The notes under the pieces are model-generated. The model saw only the letters and a program-made list of their open reading frames with translations. It made no database searches and was not told the origin of the DNA. From an uncultured Flavobacteriales bacterium (GTDB lineage Bacteria; Bacteroidota; Bacteroidia; Flavobacteriales_G; JALEGO01), in assembly GCA_964403835.1 (NCBI GenBank), contig CAYOHR010000005.1, forward strand, positions 2,427 through 66,426: a stretch of 64,000 nt of DNA, read 5' to 3'. Positions 18,239 to 28,257 of this stretch are shown here, one piece after another; the first letter of the stretch is position 1; each line of letters opens with the position of its first letter. The position numbers and the translations under genes were made by a program.

Positions 18239-19162
18239 ATGAATTGGAAAAAAATCATTCTTTATATCCTGTTTTCATTTGGCTTTAGCTGGGCCATTGC
18301 TTTAGCAATGAAACTTTTTCATGTTGAATATGGAGGTATTTCCTCTACCATACTCATTGGGGGGCTATATATGGCAGGACCTGCCATTGCTACTTTTATC
18401 ATTCAAAAATTTATTTATAAAGAAGGCTTTAAACAATATGGATGGACCTATGATAAGAAAAACTTTAAATGGATTTTATACACCCCGTTAATTTTCTTAG
18501 TATTAATTTTATTGACTTTTTTGACGATTGTACTTTTAGGTAACACCAACATCATTCCTTTATTTGGACAAGTTGATTTTTCGCAAGGGAACTTCGATCT
18601 TCAACTTCGAAAATTAATGGAGGGTAAAATAGATATTTCTAAGGTGAAAATACCGCCCATTGCCCCCTGGTTACTTTTTTTGCTTTCCCTGGTACAAGGC
18701 ATTATAGCAGGTGTAACGGTCAATTTACCTTTTATGTTTGGCGAAGAATTTGGCTGGCGAGGGTTGATGTTAAAAGAAACCCAACCTTTGGGGTTTTTAA
18801 AATCTAATATTTTTATAGGGGTGGTTTGGGGACTTTGGCATTTACCCCTCATATTGATGGGGCATAATTACCCGCATTATCCTTATTTTGGAATAATTAT
18901 GATGTGTTTAATGACCACCGCATTAGCACCTATTTTTGCATACGTCCGCTTAAAAACAAAATCAATATTGGGTCCCTGTATGTTGCATGGAATGATTAAT
19001 GCTACCGGAGCCTTATTTATACTTTATACGGCCAATGGAAATGAACTTTACAATTCTATAGCAGGATGGGCAGGAGTTATTGCCAGTTTAATAGTAATTA
19101 TAGTAATTTATATATTTGATAATCAATTTGTTAGGAATTACTCCAACTATGAAAATGTATAG
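18239..19162 (+). CDS. CPBP family intramembrane glutamic endopeptidase (CAAX protease-like)
   Basis: EEFGWRG, WGLWHLP and HGMINA motifs; started at ATG 18239 rather than GTG 18218. Confidence 0.8.
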   Translation: MNWKKIILYILFSFGFSWAIALAMKLFHVEYGGISSTILIGGLYMAGPAIATFIIQKFIYKEGFKQYGWTYDKKNFKWILYTPLIFLVLILLTFLTIVLLGNTNIIPLFGQVDFSQGNFDLQLRKLMEGKIDISKVKIPPIAPWLLFLLSLVQGIIAGVTVNLPFMFGEEFGWRGLMLKETQPLGFLKSNIFIGVVWGLWHLPLILMGHNYPHYPYFGIIMMCLMTTALAPIFAYVRLKTKSILGPCMLHGMINATGALFILYTANGNELYNSIAGWAGVIASLIVIIVIYIFDNQFVRNYSNYENV

Positions 19163-19168
19163 CGAGGT

Positions 19169-19666
19169 TTAACCCCTTAAACCCAATTCAATCACTTCTA
19201 CGTTTAGTATTTTTTTACCATCAATAGCAAAACGAATCAACGTTTTTACCTTATGAAATCCGTGAATACCGCATGCACCGGGATTCATATGCAATAAATT
19301 TAATTTTTTATCGGGCATAATTTTTAAAATATGCGAATGCCCACAAATAAAAATATCGGGCGGATTATTTTGTATTTCTTCTTTTACAAAGGGCGAATAA
19401 TGACCCGGATATCCTCCAATATGGGTAATCCACACATCTACATCTTCACATAAAAATCGCTGGTTTTTAGGACACATTTTGCGTATATCTTGCCCATCAA
19501 TGTTGCCATACACTGCTTTTGTTGGTTTAAAAGCTTCTAATTTTTCTAATACATCAATAGATCCAATATCGCCTGCATGCCATATTTCATCACACTTTTC
19601 AAAATATTGAAAAACTTTTTCATCTAAAAAACCATGCGTATCCGAAAGTAATCCAATTTTAATCAT
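19169..19666 (-). CDS. metallophosphoesterase, YfcE/MJ0936 family
   Basis: DTHG, GDIGS, GNID and GHSH motifs; 165 aa. Confidence 0.85.
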   Translation of the reverse strand: MIKIGLLSDTHGFLDEKVFQYFEKCDEIWHAGDIGSIDVLEKLEAFKPTKAVYGNIDGQDIRKMCPKNQRFLCEDVDVWITHIGGYPGHYSPFVKEEIQNNPPDIFICGHSHILKIMPDKKLNLLHMNPGACGIHGFHKVKTLIRFAIDGKKILNVEVIELGLRG

Positions 19667-19715
19667 GCAAATTTTATTAGCTATTATAACTTTGTGTAAA
19701 ATTATAAAAATTACT

Positions 19716-20459
19716 TTGCCACGCTATTTTATTCATTTATCGTTCGATGGAACCCGCTATCATGGCTGGCAAATTCAGGAAAATGCGTTTTCTGTGCAAC
19801 AACAGTTAAACGAAAGTTTATGCAAAATTTTGCAGGAAGAAATTTCGACTATTGGTTGTGGAAGAACCGATACAGGCGTGCATGCCACCAATTTTTATGT
19901 GCATTTTGATAGTGTTTTAGAAGAAATCACCGAAAACTTAATTTTTAAGTTAAATTGTGTGCTTCCAAAAGACATCGCTATTTATAATATTACCCGGGTA
20001 AAAGAGGATGCGCATGCCCGTTTTGATGCATTTAGCCGAAGCTACGAATATTATCTGCACACCCAAAAGGATCCTTTTAAAATAGGCAAATCTTATTATA
20101 AAAGAGTTAAATTGGATCTCGATAAAATGAACGAGGCAGCTCAATTGCTGCTAAAACACAGCGATTTTACCTGTTTTTCAAAATCACGAACTCAAGTAAA
20201 AACCAATATTTGTACTATTACAAATGCTGTATTTGAAAAAAAGGATGAATCTTATGTTTTTAAAATAACAGCCAATCGGTTTCTGCGGGGCATGGTACGC
20301 GCCATTGTAGGCACTTTATTAGAAGTGGGAGAGGGGAAATTAAGCAGCCAAGATTTTGAACAAATTATTCTGTCAAAAGATCGTAAAAAGGCGGGAGAAT
20401 CCGTTGATCCATGCGGTTTGTACTTAACCGATGTAAAATATCCGTCGACTATTTTTTAA
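19716..20459 (+). CDS. truA: tRNA pseudouridine(38-40) synthase
   Basis: YFIHLSFDGTRYHGWQIQ and GCGRTDTGVHA motifs. The track start ATG 19665 overlaps the divergent gene's start codon. TTG 19716 gives the usual M-P-R-Y-F N-terminus, but the start remains uncertain. Confidence 0.85.
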   Translation: MPRYFIHLSFDGTRYHGWQIQENAFSVQQQLNESLCKILQEEISTIGCGRTDTGVHATNFYVHFDSVLEEITENLIFKLNCVLPKDIAIYNITRVKEDAHARFDAFSRSYEYYLHTQKDPFKIGKSYYKRVKLDLDKMNEAAQLLLKHSDFTCFSKSRTQVKTNICTITNAVFEKKDESYVFKITANRFLRGMVRAIVGTLLEVGEGKLSSQDFEQIILSKDRKKAGESVDPCGLYLTDVKYPSTIF

Positions 20460-20525
20460 TTGGCGTAGTTAAAAAGTGAAACCTTGTCCGCTAAACCCCT
20501 AAACTTATTAGTTTTGTAATTATTG

Positions 20526-22274
20526 ATGAGCGATTCTAAAAAGCCCAAAGGGATTCATATTATTCAGCGCTTGTTTGGTTATGTAAAGCCATTCCGGGGG
20601 GCATTTATACTTACGGCTCTTTTTACTTTTGTTGCTGCTTCGCTATCTCCCTTGCGGCCTTGGCTTATTCAAAAAACAATTGATGGGTATGTAACAGAAA
20701 AAAACTTTCCAGGTCTATTAAATATGATTTATTTAATGATTGGGGTTTTAATTTTAGAATCTATCATACAATTTTTGCAAGCATACATGGCTAATTATTT
20801 GGGGCAATCTATTGTAAAAGAAATCCGCACAAATTTGTTCCGAAAATTAAGTCACTTTAAGTTAAAATTTTATGATCAAACCCCTATAGGCACGCTGGTT
20901 ACCCGGGTTGTTTCCGATATTGAAACCATTGCCGATGTTTTTTCCGAAGGGTTTTTAATGATTATTGCCGATCTTTTAAAAGTAATTATTGTTTTAGCAG
21001 TGATGCTGGCGACCGATTGGAAATTGACTTTAATCAGCTTGACTACCTTGCCCATACTCATATTATCAGCCTATTGGTTTAAAAATTCGGTTAAAAAATC
21101 GTTTCAGGAAGTCCGAAACCAGGTAGCGGCATTAAATACGTTTGTCCAGGAACATATCACCGGAATGAGTATTGTGCAAATGTTTAACCGGGAAGATATG
21201 GAGATGAAAAACTTTTTAAACATCAACGAAAAACATCGCAATGCCAATATAAAAGCCATTTGGGCCTATTCAGTCTTTTTTCCGGTGGTGGAGTTGGTTT
21301 CGGCTATTTCTTTAGCACTTATTGTTTGGTGGGGCGCTAAAAATGTGATTACCGGGTATGTAACTCTGGGTTTATTAACCGCTTTCATCATGTATATCAA
21401 TATGTTATTTCGTCCTATCCGCCAACTGGCTGATAATTTTAATGTATTGCAAATGGGCATGGTAAGCTCTGAGCGGGTTTTTAAATTGATGGATTCGGAA
21501 ATGGAGCTGCAGCATGAAGGAAAAATTAAAATGGGCACTTCTGAAGGAAACGTAAGCTTTAAAAATGTGTGGTTTGCCTATACGGAAGAAGATTGGGTTT
21601 TAAAAGACTTTTCATTAGAAGTAAACAAAGGAGAAAAACTAGCGGTAGTAGGAGCCACAGGGGCCGGAAAAACATCGTTAATTAATATATTGGGCCGGTT
21701 TTACGAATACCAAAAAGGAAACATTTATATGGATGGAAATGAGTTGCGGGAAATAGATATAGATGACATTCGAAAAAACATAGCCATTGTTACGCAAGAT
21801 ATTTTCTTGTTTTCAGACACGGTATTAAACAATATCACCCTGCACGATCCTTCGGTATCGCTGGAGCAGGTAATAGAAGCAGCAAAGGCCGTAGGAGCGC
21901 ATGAGTTTATCGAAAAACTACCCAATTCGTATGAATACAACGTGCGTGAACGGGGCAATTCGCTTTCGGTGGGGCAACGACAGTTAATTTCATTCATACG
22001 CGCTTACGTACAAAAGCCGGAAATTTTAATTTTAGATGAAGCAACGTCCTCTATTGATAATGAATCGGAATTATTAATTCAAAAAGCGACTGAAAAAATT
22101 ACCGAAGGCCGGACTTCTATCATTATTGCGCACCGGTTGACTACCATCCAAAATGCAGATAAAATTGTGGTGATGGATAAAGGAAAAATTGTTGAAATAG
22201 GCACCCATTCCCAATTAATTGCACAAAACGGCTATTACAAACAATTGTACGAGCTTCAGTTTAGCGATATTTAA
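20526..22274 (+). CDS. ABC transporter permease/ATP-binding protein (MsbA-like exporter)
   Basis: Six-TM domain followed by Walker A GATGAGKTS, signature LSVGQRQ and Walker B ILILDEATS. Confidence 0.9.
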   Translation: MSDSKKPKGIHIIQRLFGYVKPFRGAFILTALFTFVAASLSPLRPWLIQKTIDGYVTEKNFPGLLNMIYLMIGVLILESIIQFLQAYMANYLGQSIVKEIRTNLFRKLSHFKLKFYDQTPIGTLVTRVVSDIETIADVFSEGFLMIIADLLKVIIVLAVMLATDWKLTLISLTTLPILILSAYWFKNSVKKSFQEVRNQVAALNTFVQEHITGMSIVQMFNREDMEMKNFLNINEKHRNANIKAIWAYSVFFPVVELVSAISLALIVWWGAKNVITGYVTLGLLTAFIMYINMLFRPIRQLADNFNVLQMGMVSSERVFKLMDSEMELQHEGKIKMGTSEGNVSFKNVWFAYTEEDWVLKDFSLEVNKGEKLAVVGATGAGKTSLINILGRFYEYQKGNIYMDGNELREIDIDDIRKNIAIVTQDIFLFSDTVLNNITLHDPSVSLEQVIEAAKAVGAHEFIEKLPNSYEYNVRERGNSLSVGQRQLISFIRAYVQKPEILILDEATSSIDNESELLIQKATEKITEGRTSIIIAHRLTTIQNADKIVVMDKGKIVEIGTHSQLIAQNGYYKQLYELQFSDI

Positions 22275-22276
22275 TT

Positions 22277-22996
22277 TTATCCTTTCACTTGCCAGAAATC
22301 AACCACGGGCCCTGTATATGCGTGTGTATTTTCAATCACATCATAAATTTCTTCGGCCGACTTCTGAGGGGTTTTGTTTACTCCCTGCGCAAACATATCT
22401 GCAAATTTGTTCACCATACTAAAGGCGTCTTTGGATGAGGAGCGGATGCTTTTTTGCATGCCGGTTTCCACAATACCCGGATAAACGGATAGAATTTTAA
22501 TGTTTTTTCGGCCTTTTTCCACACTTTCTTTTTCCACCACTTTGGTCAGCATTTCAATGCCTGCTTTGCTGCAACAGTATTCGCTCCACCCATCATACGC
22601 GTGGTTTCCGGCGCCAGAACTAATATTTATAATTAATAATTCGAGGCCCTCTATATGAGCATAGGTTTGTATAAATTTATTGATTAAAATGGTAGGGCTG
22701 ATTAAATTAGTCACCAAACTATCATGTATGCTTTCATTGGATAAATTACCCAAATAATTTATCTCCCCTAAAGTACCCGCATTATTAACCAAAACAATTT
22801 TATTTGCTTGGTTTTTTGGAAAAGCAATATTCTTAACCTCCTCAAACAAGGCTAAATTGACCTGTAAATGGGTGTAATTTGAATCTTCTATCAAATTTCG
22901 CCTAGAGATACCCAAAACACGGTTTTGTTTCTTTAGAGCTAATTCTGCTAAGGCTTTTCCTATTCCGTTGCTGGTGCCTGTTATAATAAGGTGCAT
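22277..22996 (-). CDS. SDR-family oxidoreductase (sepiapterin reductase-like)
   Basis: ITGTSNGIGKALA cofactor motif and the YCCSKAG catalytic Y-x3-K. Confidence 0.8.
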   Translation of the reverse strand: MHLIITGTSNGIGKALAELALKKQNRVLGISRRNLIEDSNYTHLQVNLALFEEVKNIAFPKNQANKIVLVNNAGTLGEINYLGNLSNESIHDSLVTNLISPTILINKFIQTYAHIEGLELLIINISSGAGNHAYDGWSEYCCSKAGIEMLTKVVEKESVEKGRKNIKILSVYPGIVETGMQKSIRSSSKDAFSMVNKFADMFAQGVNKTPQKSAEEIYDVIENTHAYTGPVVDFWQVKG

Positions 22997-23085
22997 AAGG
23001 TGTTTTTTTAAAGATAAGAAGATAAAATGTGTATTAATATAGATATGGATTAGAGAATGGAGAAAAATTTATCAATAAAGTCTTC

Positions 23086-23290
23086 ATTTTTCTTTTTCCT
23101 AGATGAAAAAGAAACAAAAAATCACGGCTTACTTCCTTTTTTTACAAAATTAATTCTTTCTTTTTTTCGCGCATCCCAAGCCGCTTCTCCTTCGACTCCG
23201 CTCAGGACTAGTCGTTGCTCTGGAGATGCTTTGCTCAGCCAATCGCACAAAACAAAGAATATTTTGTTTCAAAAAAGGAAGAATGCCGGG
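23086..23290 (+). repeat. mosaic intergenic repeat, long copy A
   Basis: Contains an 82-nt core (23171-23252) whose reverse complement is identical to 28000-28081. The flanks also align, with indels. Confidence 0.9.
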
Positions 23291-23306
23291 TCCTTAACCT
23301 ACCTGA

Positions 23307-23705
23307 TTAAGAAAAATCCTTTTCTCTTTTTTTCAAAATAATCCAAACAAAACAAACTAATGCGGCTCCAAAAATATCGGCAAAAATATCTGCTAATTCA
23401 AAAGATCGGTGGGAGATGAAAAAATGCTGAATAATTTCTATCAAGCTACCATACACCGCAGAAATAGCCACTATACCAATATATTTTAAAAAGGAATTTT
23501 TTTGATGGAGATAACCTTTCAGGAAAAACCAGGTCCACTGGCCATATAAATAGGCATGAATCACTTTATCTAAGCCGGGGATAATGGGAGTTTTTGGAAA
23601 AGCAACTCCCGGCAAACAACACAAAATCAAAATAAAAAAACCCCAGAAATAGAATAATTTCTGAGGTTTAAGCCACTTTTTATTTTCGATGATATTATGC
23701 GCCAA
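23307..23705 (-). CDS. VanZ family membrane protein
   Basis: 132-aa four-helix membrane protein with a VanZ-like layout; overlaps the gcvH stop by 11 nt. Confidence 0.65.
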   Translation of the reverse strand: MAHNIIENKKWLKPQKLFYFWGFFILILCCLPGVAFPKTPIIPGLDKVIHAYLYGQWTWFFLKGYLHQKNSFLKYIGIVAISAVYGSLIEIIQHFFISHRSFELADIFADIFGAALVCFVWIILKKREKDFS

Positions 23706-24075
23706 TTAAATTTTTATAGCTTACGTCATTTAAAAGTTCCGCCACCTCTGATGGATTGCTCATTTTTACTTTAATCATCCAACCGGTTTCATACGGATCT
23801 TTATTTACGTATTCAGGATGTGTATTTAAACTTTTATTAAACTCTACAACTTCACCCGAAACAGGCATGTATAAGTCCGAAACTGTTTTTACTGCTTCTA
23901 CGGTTCCAAAAATTTCTGATTTTTGTACGTTTTGGCCTAATGTTTCAACTTCAACATAAACAATATCCCCAAGTTCGCCTTGAGCAAAATCAGTAATTCC
24001 AATGTATGCGATATCTCCTTCCACTCGGATCCATTCGTGATCTTTGGTGTATTTTAAATGAGCTGGAAAATTCAT
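23695..24075 (-). CDS. gcvH: glycine cleavage system protein H
   Basis: Lipoyl-lysine context [18 protein letters not shown]; 126 aa. Confidence 0.95.
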   Translation of the reverse strand: MNFPAHLKYTKDHEWIRVEGDIAYIGITDFAQGELGDIVYVEVETLGQNVQKSEIFGTVEAVKTVSDLYMPVSGEVVEFNKSLNTHPEYVNKDPYETGWMIKVKMSNPSEVAELLNDVSYKNLIGA

Positions 24076-24114
24076 ATTAATTTTTTGGGCAAATATAAGA
24101 GCATTTTAAAATAA

Positions 24115-24151
24115 AAACCACCTTTTAAAAAAGATATTTAAAAGGTGGTTT
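24115..24151 (-). terminator. intrinsic terminator downstream of the T9SS surface-protein gene
   Basis: 15-bp perfect stem aaaccaccttttaaa / tttaaaaggtggttt with a 7-nt loop, followed on the minus strand by a T-rich run. Confidence 0.7.
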
Positions 24152-24174
24152 CTGTCATTTAATTATTTTAAATA

Positions 24175-25704
24175 TTATCTAGAAATAATGATTTTCTTAG
24201 AGATAGATTTATTATCAGATGTTTTGTAAGAAACAAAATACACACCTTCGTTTAAATTACTAATGTTTAATGAGTTTAAGGTTTTTGTATTAAACTTTTT
24301 AACCAAAACAGTTTCGCCTAATAAATTATATAAACTAATCTGATCTACATTTTCTATGAACAGCTTATCATTAGCCGGGTTTGGGTAAATAGAAATAGCT
24401 TCTACATCCGAAATATTTTCAATGGCAGTTGGCCAAGCAGTTAATGCAAAAGAAAAATTCTTTGTACACGCTTTAGCATCTGTTACGGTTACTGAATATG
24501 TACCAGCGGTTAAGTTTTTAATAGTATCGTTGGTGCTTGGGTTGTTGTTCCATTGATATGTATAAGGCGCTGTACCTCCAGAAACAACTAGGCTAATAGA
24601 GCCTTCAGCACTACTAGCTGTTTGAGGATGCGTTAATACCGAAGTTTGAGAAATATCATTGGGCTGCGTAATAACAATGCTAGCTGTAGTAGTATTTGAT
24701 GCAGCATCTTGTACAGTAACAAAATAAGTGCCTACCGATAAACCCGTAGTCATTTTTGTATTTTGTCCATTGCTCCAAGTGTATGTATAAGGAGGGGTTC
24801 CTAACCCAATGCTTAAATGATTTACATCTGCAGTACCATCATTTCCGTTAAAACAACTAACGTTTGTAGGGGTAATGCTTACCGCTAGCGCATTTTGATA
24901 TAAATAGGTAGCTTTTAAGATGTTGTCATTAATATCCGCATCTACAGATAAAATGGTAAATTTTTGATTATTGGCATACCATTCATACGAATAAGAAGTG
25001 TCTTTAACCGGATTTTGAGGAATTTGCGGAACCGCATTTGCCGGCACTAAAGCCCACTGATAAGAAGTAATTAAGCCTTTATAATAAAAAGTATCATAGG
25101 AAATTTCCATTCTCTTTTTTCTTAAAGTATTAAATGTATTTCCGGGCAAACTTAACAGGCCGTGGGCATCAATATTGTGAGTTGAATAACCGTAGTGAAT
25201 TAATTTTACCGAATCAACTAAACTATTGGGAGTAGTAATATCAGATAATTTTACTGCTTTTACAAAATACGTGGTATCCAAGTATTGATCATTAAAATTA
25301 GCCGGAAACTCTAATACTAACTGTGGATCATTAGATAAAATAGGGATAAACGTATTGGTTGCAAATTGAACATTTGCACCTAAAATTTCTACTTTACTTG
25401 CTTGTGCTTTAATATAAGTTGTATTGGTAGATGATTCGTACGCTAAGTTAGACGCAGGAAAATAAGATCCGTTTGGCGTTGAAACAGGATCTTTAAACCG
25501 ATTGATAGAAGAGCTTTCTACTTGTAAAGAGGTAAAATCCCAGGTTTGAAGCCCGGTTCCGCCTACAGAAACTCCTGTTGGCAAGGTATCAACGGCAATT
25601 AAAATGGAATCTCCAACCACTGCAAAATCCGATAAACTTAAGGTTATTTGAGCAAAGCTTGATTGAACAAGAAACAAGGCTACAGGCAATAAAAATCTTT
25701 TCAT
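24175..25704 (-). CDS. T9SS type A sorting-domain surface protein with SprB-type repeats
   Basis: Signal peptide; two repeats with PPYTYTWSNGQ / APYTYQWNN; C-terminal ISIYPNPANDKLFI...GVYFVSY sorting domain. Confidence 0.8.
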   Translation of the reverse strand: MKRFLLPVALFLVQSSFAQITLSLSDFAVVGDSILIAVDTLPTGVSVGGTGLQTWDFTSLQVESSSINRFKDPVSTPNGSYFPASNLAYESSTNTTYIKAQASKVEILGANVQFATNTFIPILSNDPQLVLEFPANFNDQYLDTTYFVKAVKLSDITTPNSLVDSVKLIHYGYSTHNIDAHGLLSLPGNTFNTLRKKRMEISYDTFYYKGLITSYQWALVPANAVPQIPQNPVKDTSYSYEWYANNQKFTILSVDADINDNILKATYLYQNALAVSITPTNVSCFNGNDGTADVNHLSIGLGTPPYTYTWSNGQNTKMTTGLSVGTYFVTVQDAASNTTTASIVITQPNDISQTSVLTHPQTASSAEGSISLVVSGGTAPYTYQWNNNPSTNDTIKNLTAGTYSVTVTDAKACTKNFSFALTAWPTAIENISDVEAISIYPNPANDKLFIENVDQISLYNLLGETVLVKKFNTKTLNSLNISNLNEGVYFVSYKTSDNKSISKKIIISR

Positions 25705-25847
25705 TTTTTAAAATTATGAAGTAAATATAGTTTTTATAAGCTAATTTATCAAATCTTTTAAGGGGTAATTGCAATAAGGAAGTATAATAAGATGAAGAAT
25801 TAATTTAAGCAACAGAATTTAAGTGATTGATAAACAATGTGCTATAA

Positions 25848-27692
25848 TTAAGAAAAAGACTGTAAATCGAACAGTTTTTTATACACTCCATTGTTCAACA
25901 GAAGTTCTGTATGTGAGCCGGATTCAATAATTTTTCCTTTTTCTAAAACAAGAATTAAATCGGCGCTTTGTATGGTAGATAAACGATGCGCAATAACGAT
26001 AGACGTTCGGTTTTCCATTAATTTTTTAATGGCATCCTGCACCAGTTTTTCCGATTCTGTATCTAAAGCCGAAGTAGCCTCATCTAAAATTAAAATGCTC
26101 GGGTTTTTTAAAATGGCCCGGGCTATGCTAATGCGTTGTTTTTGTCCGCCCGAAAGTTTACTGCCCCGGTCTCCTACAATGGTATCATAACCATGTTCTA
26201 GCTCCATTATAAACGAATGGGCATTCGCAATTTTTGCCGCTTCTATAATTTCTTCTTTGCTTGCGTGATGCTGATTAAACTTAATATTGCTTAAAACGGT
26301 ATCGTGAAACAAGAAAGTGTCTTGCGATACAATTCCCATTAAACTTCGCACATCTTTGGTTTGATATTCCCGAATAGAAACACCATCAATTAAAATATCG
26401 CCATGCAAAGGGTCATAAAAACGAGCAACTAAATCCGTTAAAGTTGATTTTCCCCCGCCCGATGGCCCTACTAAAGCAATGGTTTTGCCTTTTTCAATAT
26501 GAATATTAATGTTGGATAATACTTCTTGATCGCCGTATGAAAAGGAAACATTTTTAATTTCTATTTTATTCTCAAAACGCTTAATTTCTTTGGCGTGCGG
26601 AATATCTTTAATGTTGTTTTCTACGCTTAATACTTCATCAATACGTTGCGCCGATGCAGCCCCTCTTTGTAAATTAAAATAAGCCGAGGTCAATGATTTT
26701 CCATAGGGAATCAGCTGTGAAAACAAAATAATGTATAAAATAAATTGCGAAGGAGAGATTGATTTTTCTTCTAAAATCATACCTCCGCCAAACCAAATAA
26801 TAATAATGAGCACTAAAACACCTAAAACTTCGCTTAAGGGCGAGGCTAAATCCCTTATTCTATATTGCTTTAACATAAATTGTGTATAGGCATAATTCAT
26901 TTCTTTAAATTTATTTTGCATAACTTTTTCGGCATTAAATCCTTTTATTATGCGTAAGCCGGCAATGGTTTCTTCAAAAACGGTAATTAATTGACCCATT
27001 TTACTCAAACCTTCAATAGATGCTTTTTTTAATCTGTTCCCTGTTAAGCCAATAATAAAGCCGGCAAAGGGCAATAATAAAAATACAAATAAGGTTAATT
27101 TTGGGCTGATGAAAATTAAGGCAATTAAATAGGCCGAAATAGCAATGGGATCACGAAAAATCATTTCAATAGAGGTTAACACGGTCCATTCTATCTCTTG
27201 CGCATCTCCACTCATTCTTGAAATAATATCGCCTTTTTTTTCTTTGGTAAAATATCCAATGGGTAAAATGGTAATTTTATTATATAAACGGCCTCGTAAA
27301 TCGCGCATAATGCCGTTGCGCATAATGGCCACAAAAAACATGGCTAAATACCCAAATAAATTTTTAAAAAACACGCAGCTACCTATAATGGCACATAAAA
27401 AAATGAGGGCATTTTTTTGTCCGTGTTCCGGGTCTTTTAATATAATATCAGAAAAATGGTAATAAAAAGCATCTTTTATGTAATATACCGTATATGAAAA
27501 AGTAGGCTGGCCTTTGGCTAAAATTTGGGCATAATCGTTCATGTTTTTCTGAAAAATTAAATCCAAAAAAGGAGCCAGTAAAGTAAAAGAAAACAAAGAG
27601 AAAACAACGGCCAATAAATTAAATACAATGTTTAATATAGCCGGACCCCGATACGCTTTTGTAAAAGAGAGAAGTTTAAAAAGTTTTTTCAC
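25848..27692 (-). CDS. ABC transporter permease/ATP-binding protein (MsbA-like exporter)
   Basis: TM domain followed by Walker A GPSGGGKST, signature LSGGQKQR and Walker B ILILDEATSALD. Confidence 0.9.
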   Translation of the reverse strand: MKKLFKLLSFTKAYRGPAILNIVFNLLAVVFSLFSFTLLAPFLDLIFQKNMNDYAQILAKGQPTFSYTVYYIKDAFYYHFSDIILKDPEHGQKNALIFLCAIIGSCVFFKNLFGYLAMFFVAIMRNGIMRDLRGRLYNKITILPIGYFTKEKKGDIISRMSGDAQEIEWTVLTSIEMIFRDPIAISAYLIALIFISPKLTLFVFLLLPFAGFIIGLTGNRLKKASIEGLSKMGQLITVFEETIAGLRIIKGFNAEKVMQNKFKEMNYAYTQFMLKQYRIRDLASPLSEVLGVLVLIIIIWFGGGMILEEKSISPSQFILYIILFSQLIPYGKSLTSAYFNLQRGAASAQRIDEVLSVENNIKDIPHAKEIKRFENKIEIKNVSFSYGDQEVLSNINIHIEKGKTIALVGPSGGGKSTLTDLVARFYDPLHGDILIDGVSIREYQTKDVRSLMGIVSQDTFLFHDTVLSNIKFNQHHASKEEIIEAAKIANAHSFIMELEHGYDTIVGDRGSKLSGGQKQRISIARAILKNPSILILDEATSALDTESEKLVQDAIKKLMENRTSIVIAHRLSTIQSADLILVLEKGKIIESGSHTELLLNNGVYKKLFDLQSFS

Positions 27693-27746
27693 AGGGCCAA
27701 AGTTAGCTTACCAAAATGAATTAGCAATACATGTTGCAAAATTTTA

Positions 27747-27784
27747 AACCCGAATTATGCATTTTCTAATGCATAATTCGGGTT
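27747..27784. repeat. 17-bp-stem palindrome aacccgaattatgcatt-ttct-aatgcataattcgggtt
   Basis: Perfect inverted repeat read directly; a diverged copy with the loop reverse-complemented lies at 29438-29461. Confidence 0.8.
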
Positions 27785-27964
27785 AAATCGGCGCTTACCG
27801 TGTATATGTAATATAATCTTGTATTACCGGTTTTAAAAATTGAATTTGATTAGTTGGCGCTTTCTCTAATTTTAACTTTACCTGAAAATTTATCTATTAA
27901 CGTCATTACAATTGAAATACTAGGAATATCAAACTTTAAAAAGATAACTAAATGAAAAAAGAAT

Positions 27965-28208
27965 CGGCATTCTTCCTTTTTTCAAAAAAATATTCTTTAT
28001 TTTGTGCGATTGGCTGAGCAAAGCATCTCCAGAGCAACGACTAGTCCTGAGCGGAGTCGAAGGAGAAGCGGCTTGGGATGCGAGAGAAAAAAAAGAATAA
28101 AGTTTGTAAAAAAAGGAAGTAAAAAGCCTGCGCTGAGTTTGTTGAATGGGTGATTTTTTGTTTCTTTTCCATCCAGTCCGTAGGACTCCTTTGGAGGGAA
28201 AAGAAAAA
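27965..28208 (-). repeat. mosaic intergenic repeat, long copy B (inverted relative to A)
   Basis: See copy A. Carries two insertions relative to A, including gtcctacggactggat. Confidence 0.9.
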
Positions 28209-28257
28209 TTATCTTTAATAAGCGGTTTGAAAACAAGTTATATAGGAGATTAATTAA

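Noticed and set aside
19665-19715. ATG 19665 as the truA start
   Set aside because: It overlaps the start codon of the divergent phosphoesterase gene and adds a hydrophobic 17-aa extension absent from typical TruA N-termini. TTG 19716 is preferred, with uncertainty.
20509-20516. TAnnTTTG motif (tagttttg) upstream of the ABC exporter gene
   Set aside because: It ends only 9 nt before the ATG, leaving almost no leader. The motif is expected by chance dozens of times in AT-rich DNA of this length.
23057-23341. 94-aa track ORF (and its counterpart, the 99-aa ORF at 27997-28296)
   Set aside because: Both are translations of the two inverted copies of the mosaic intergenic repeat. They are low-complexity, have no start context, and the similarity between them is at the DNA level including noncoding-like indels.
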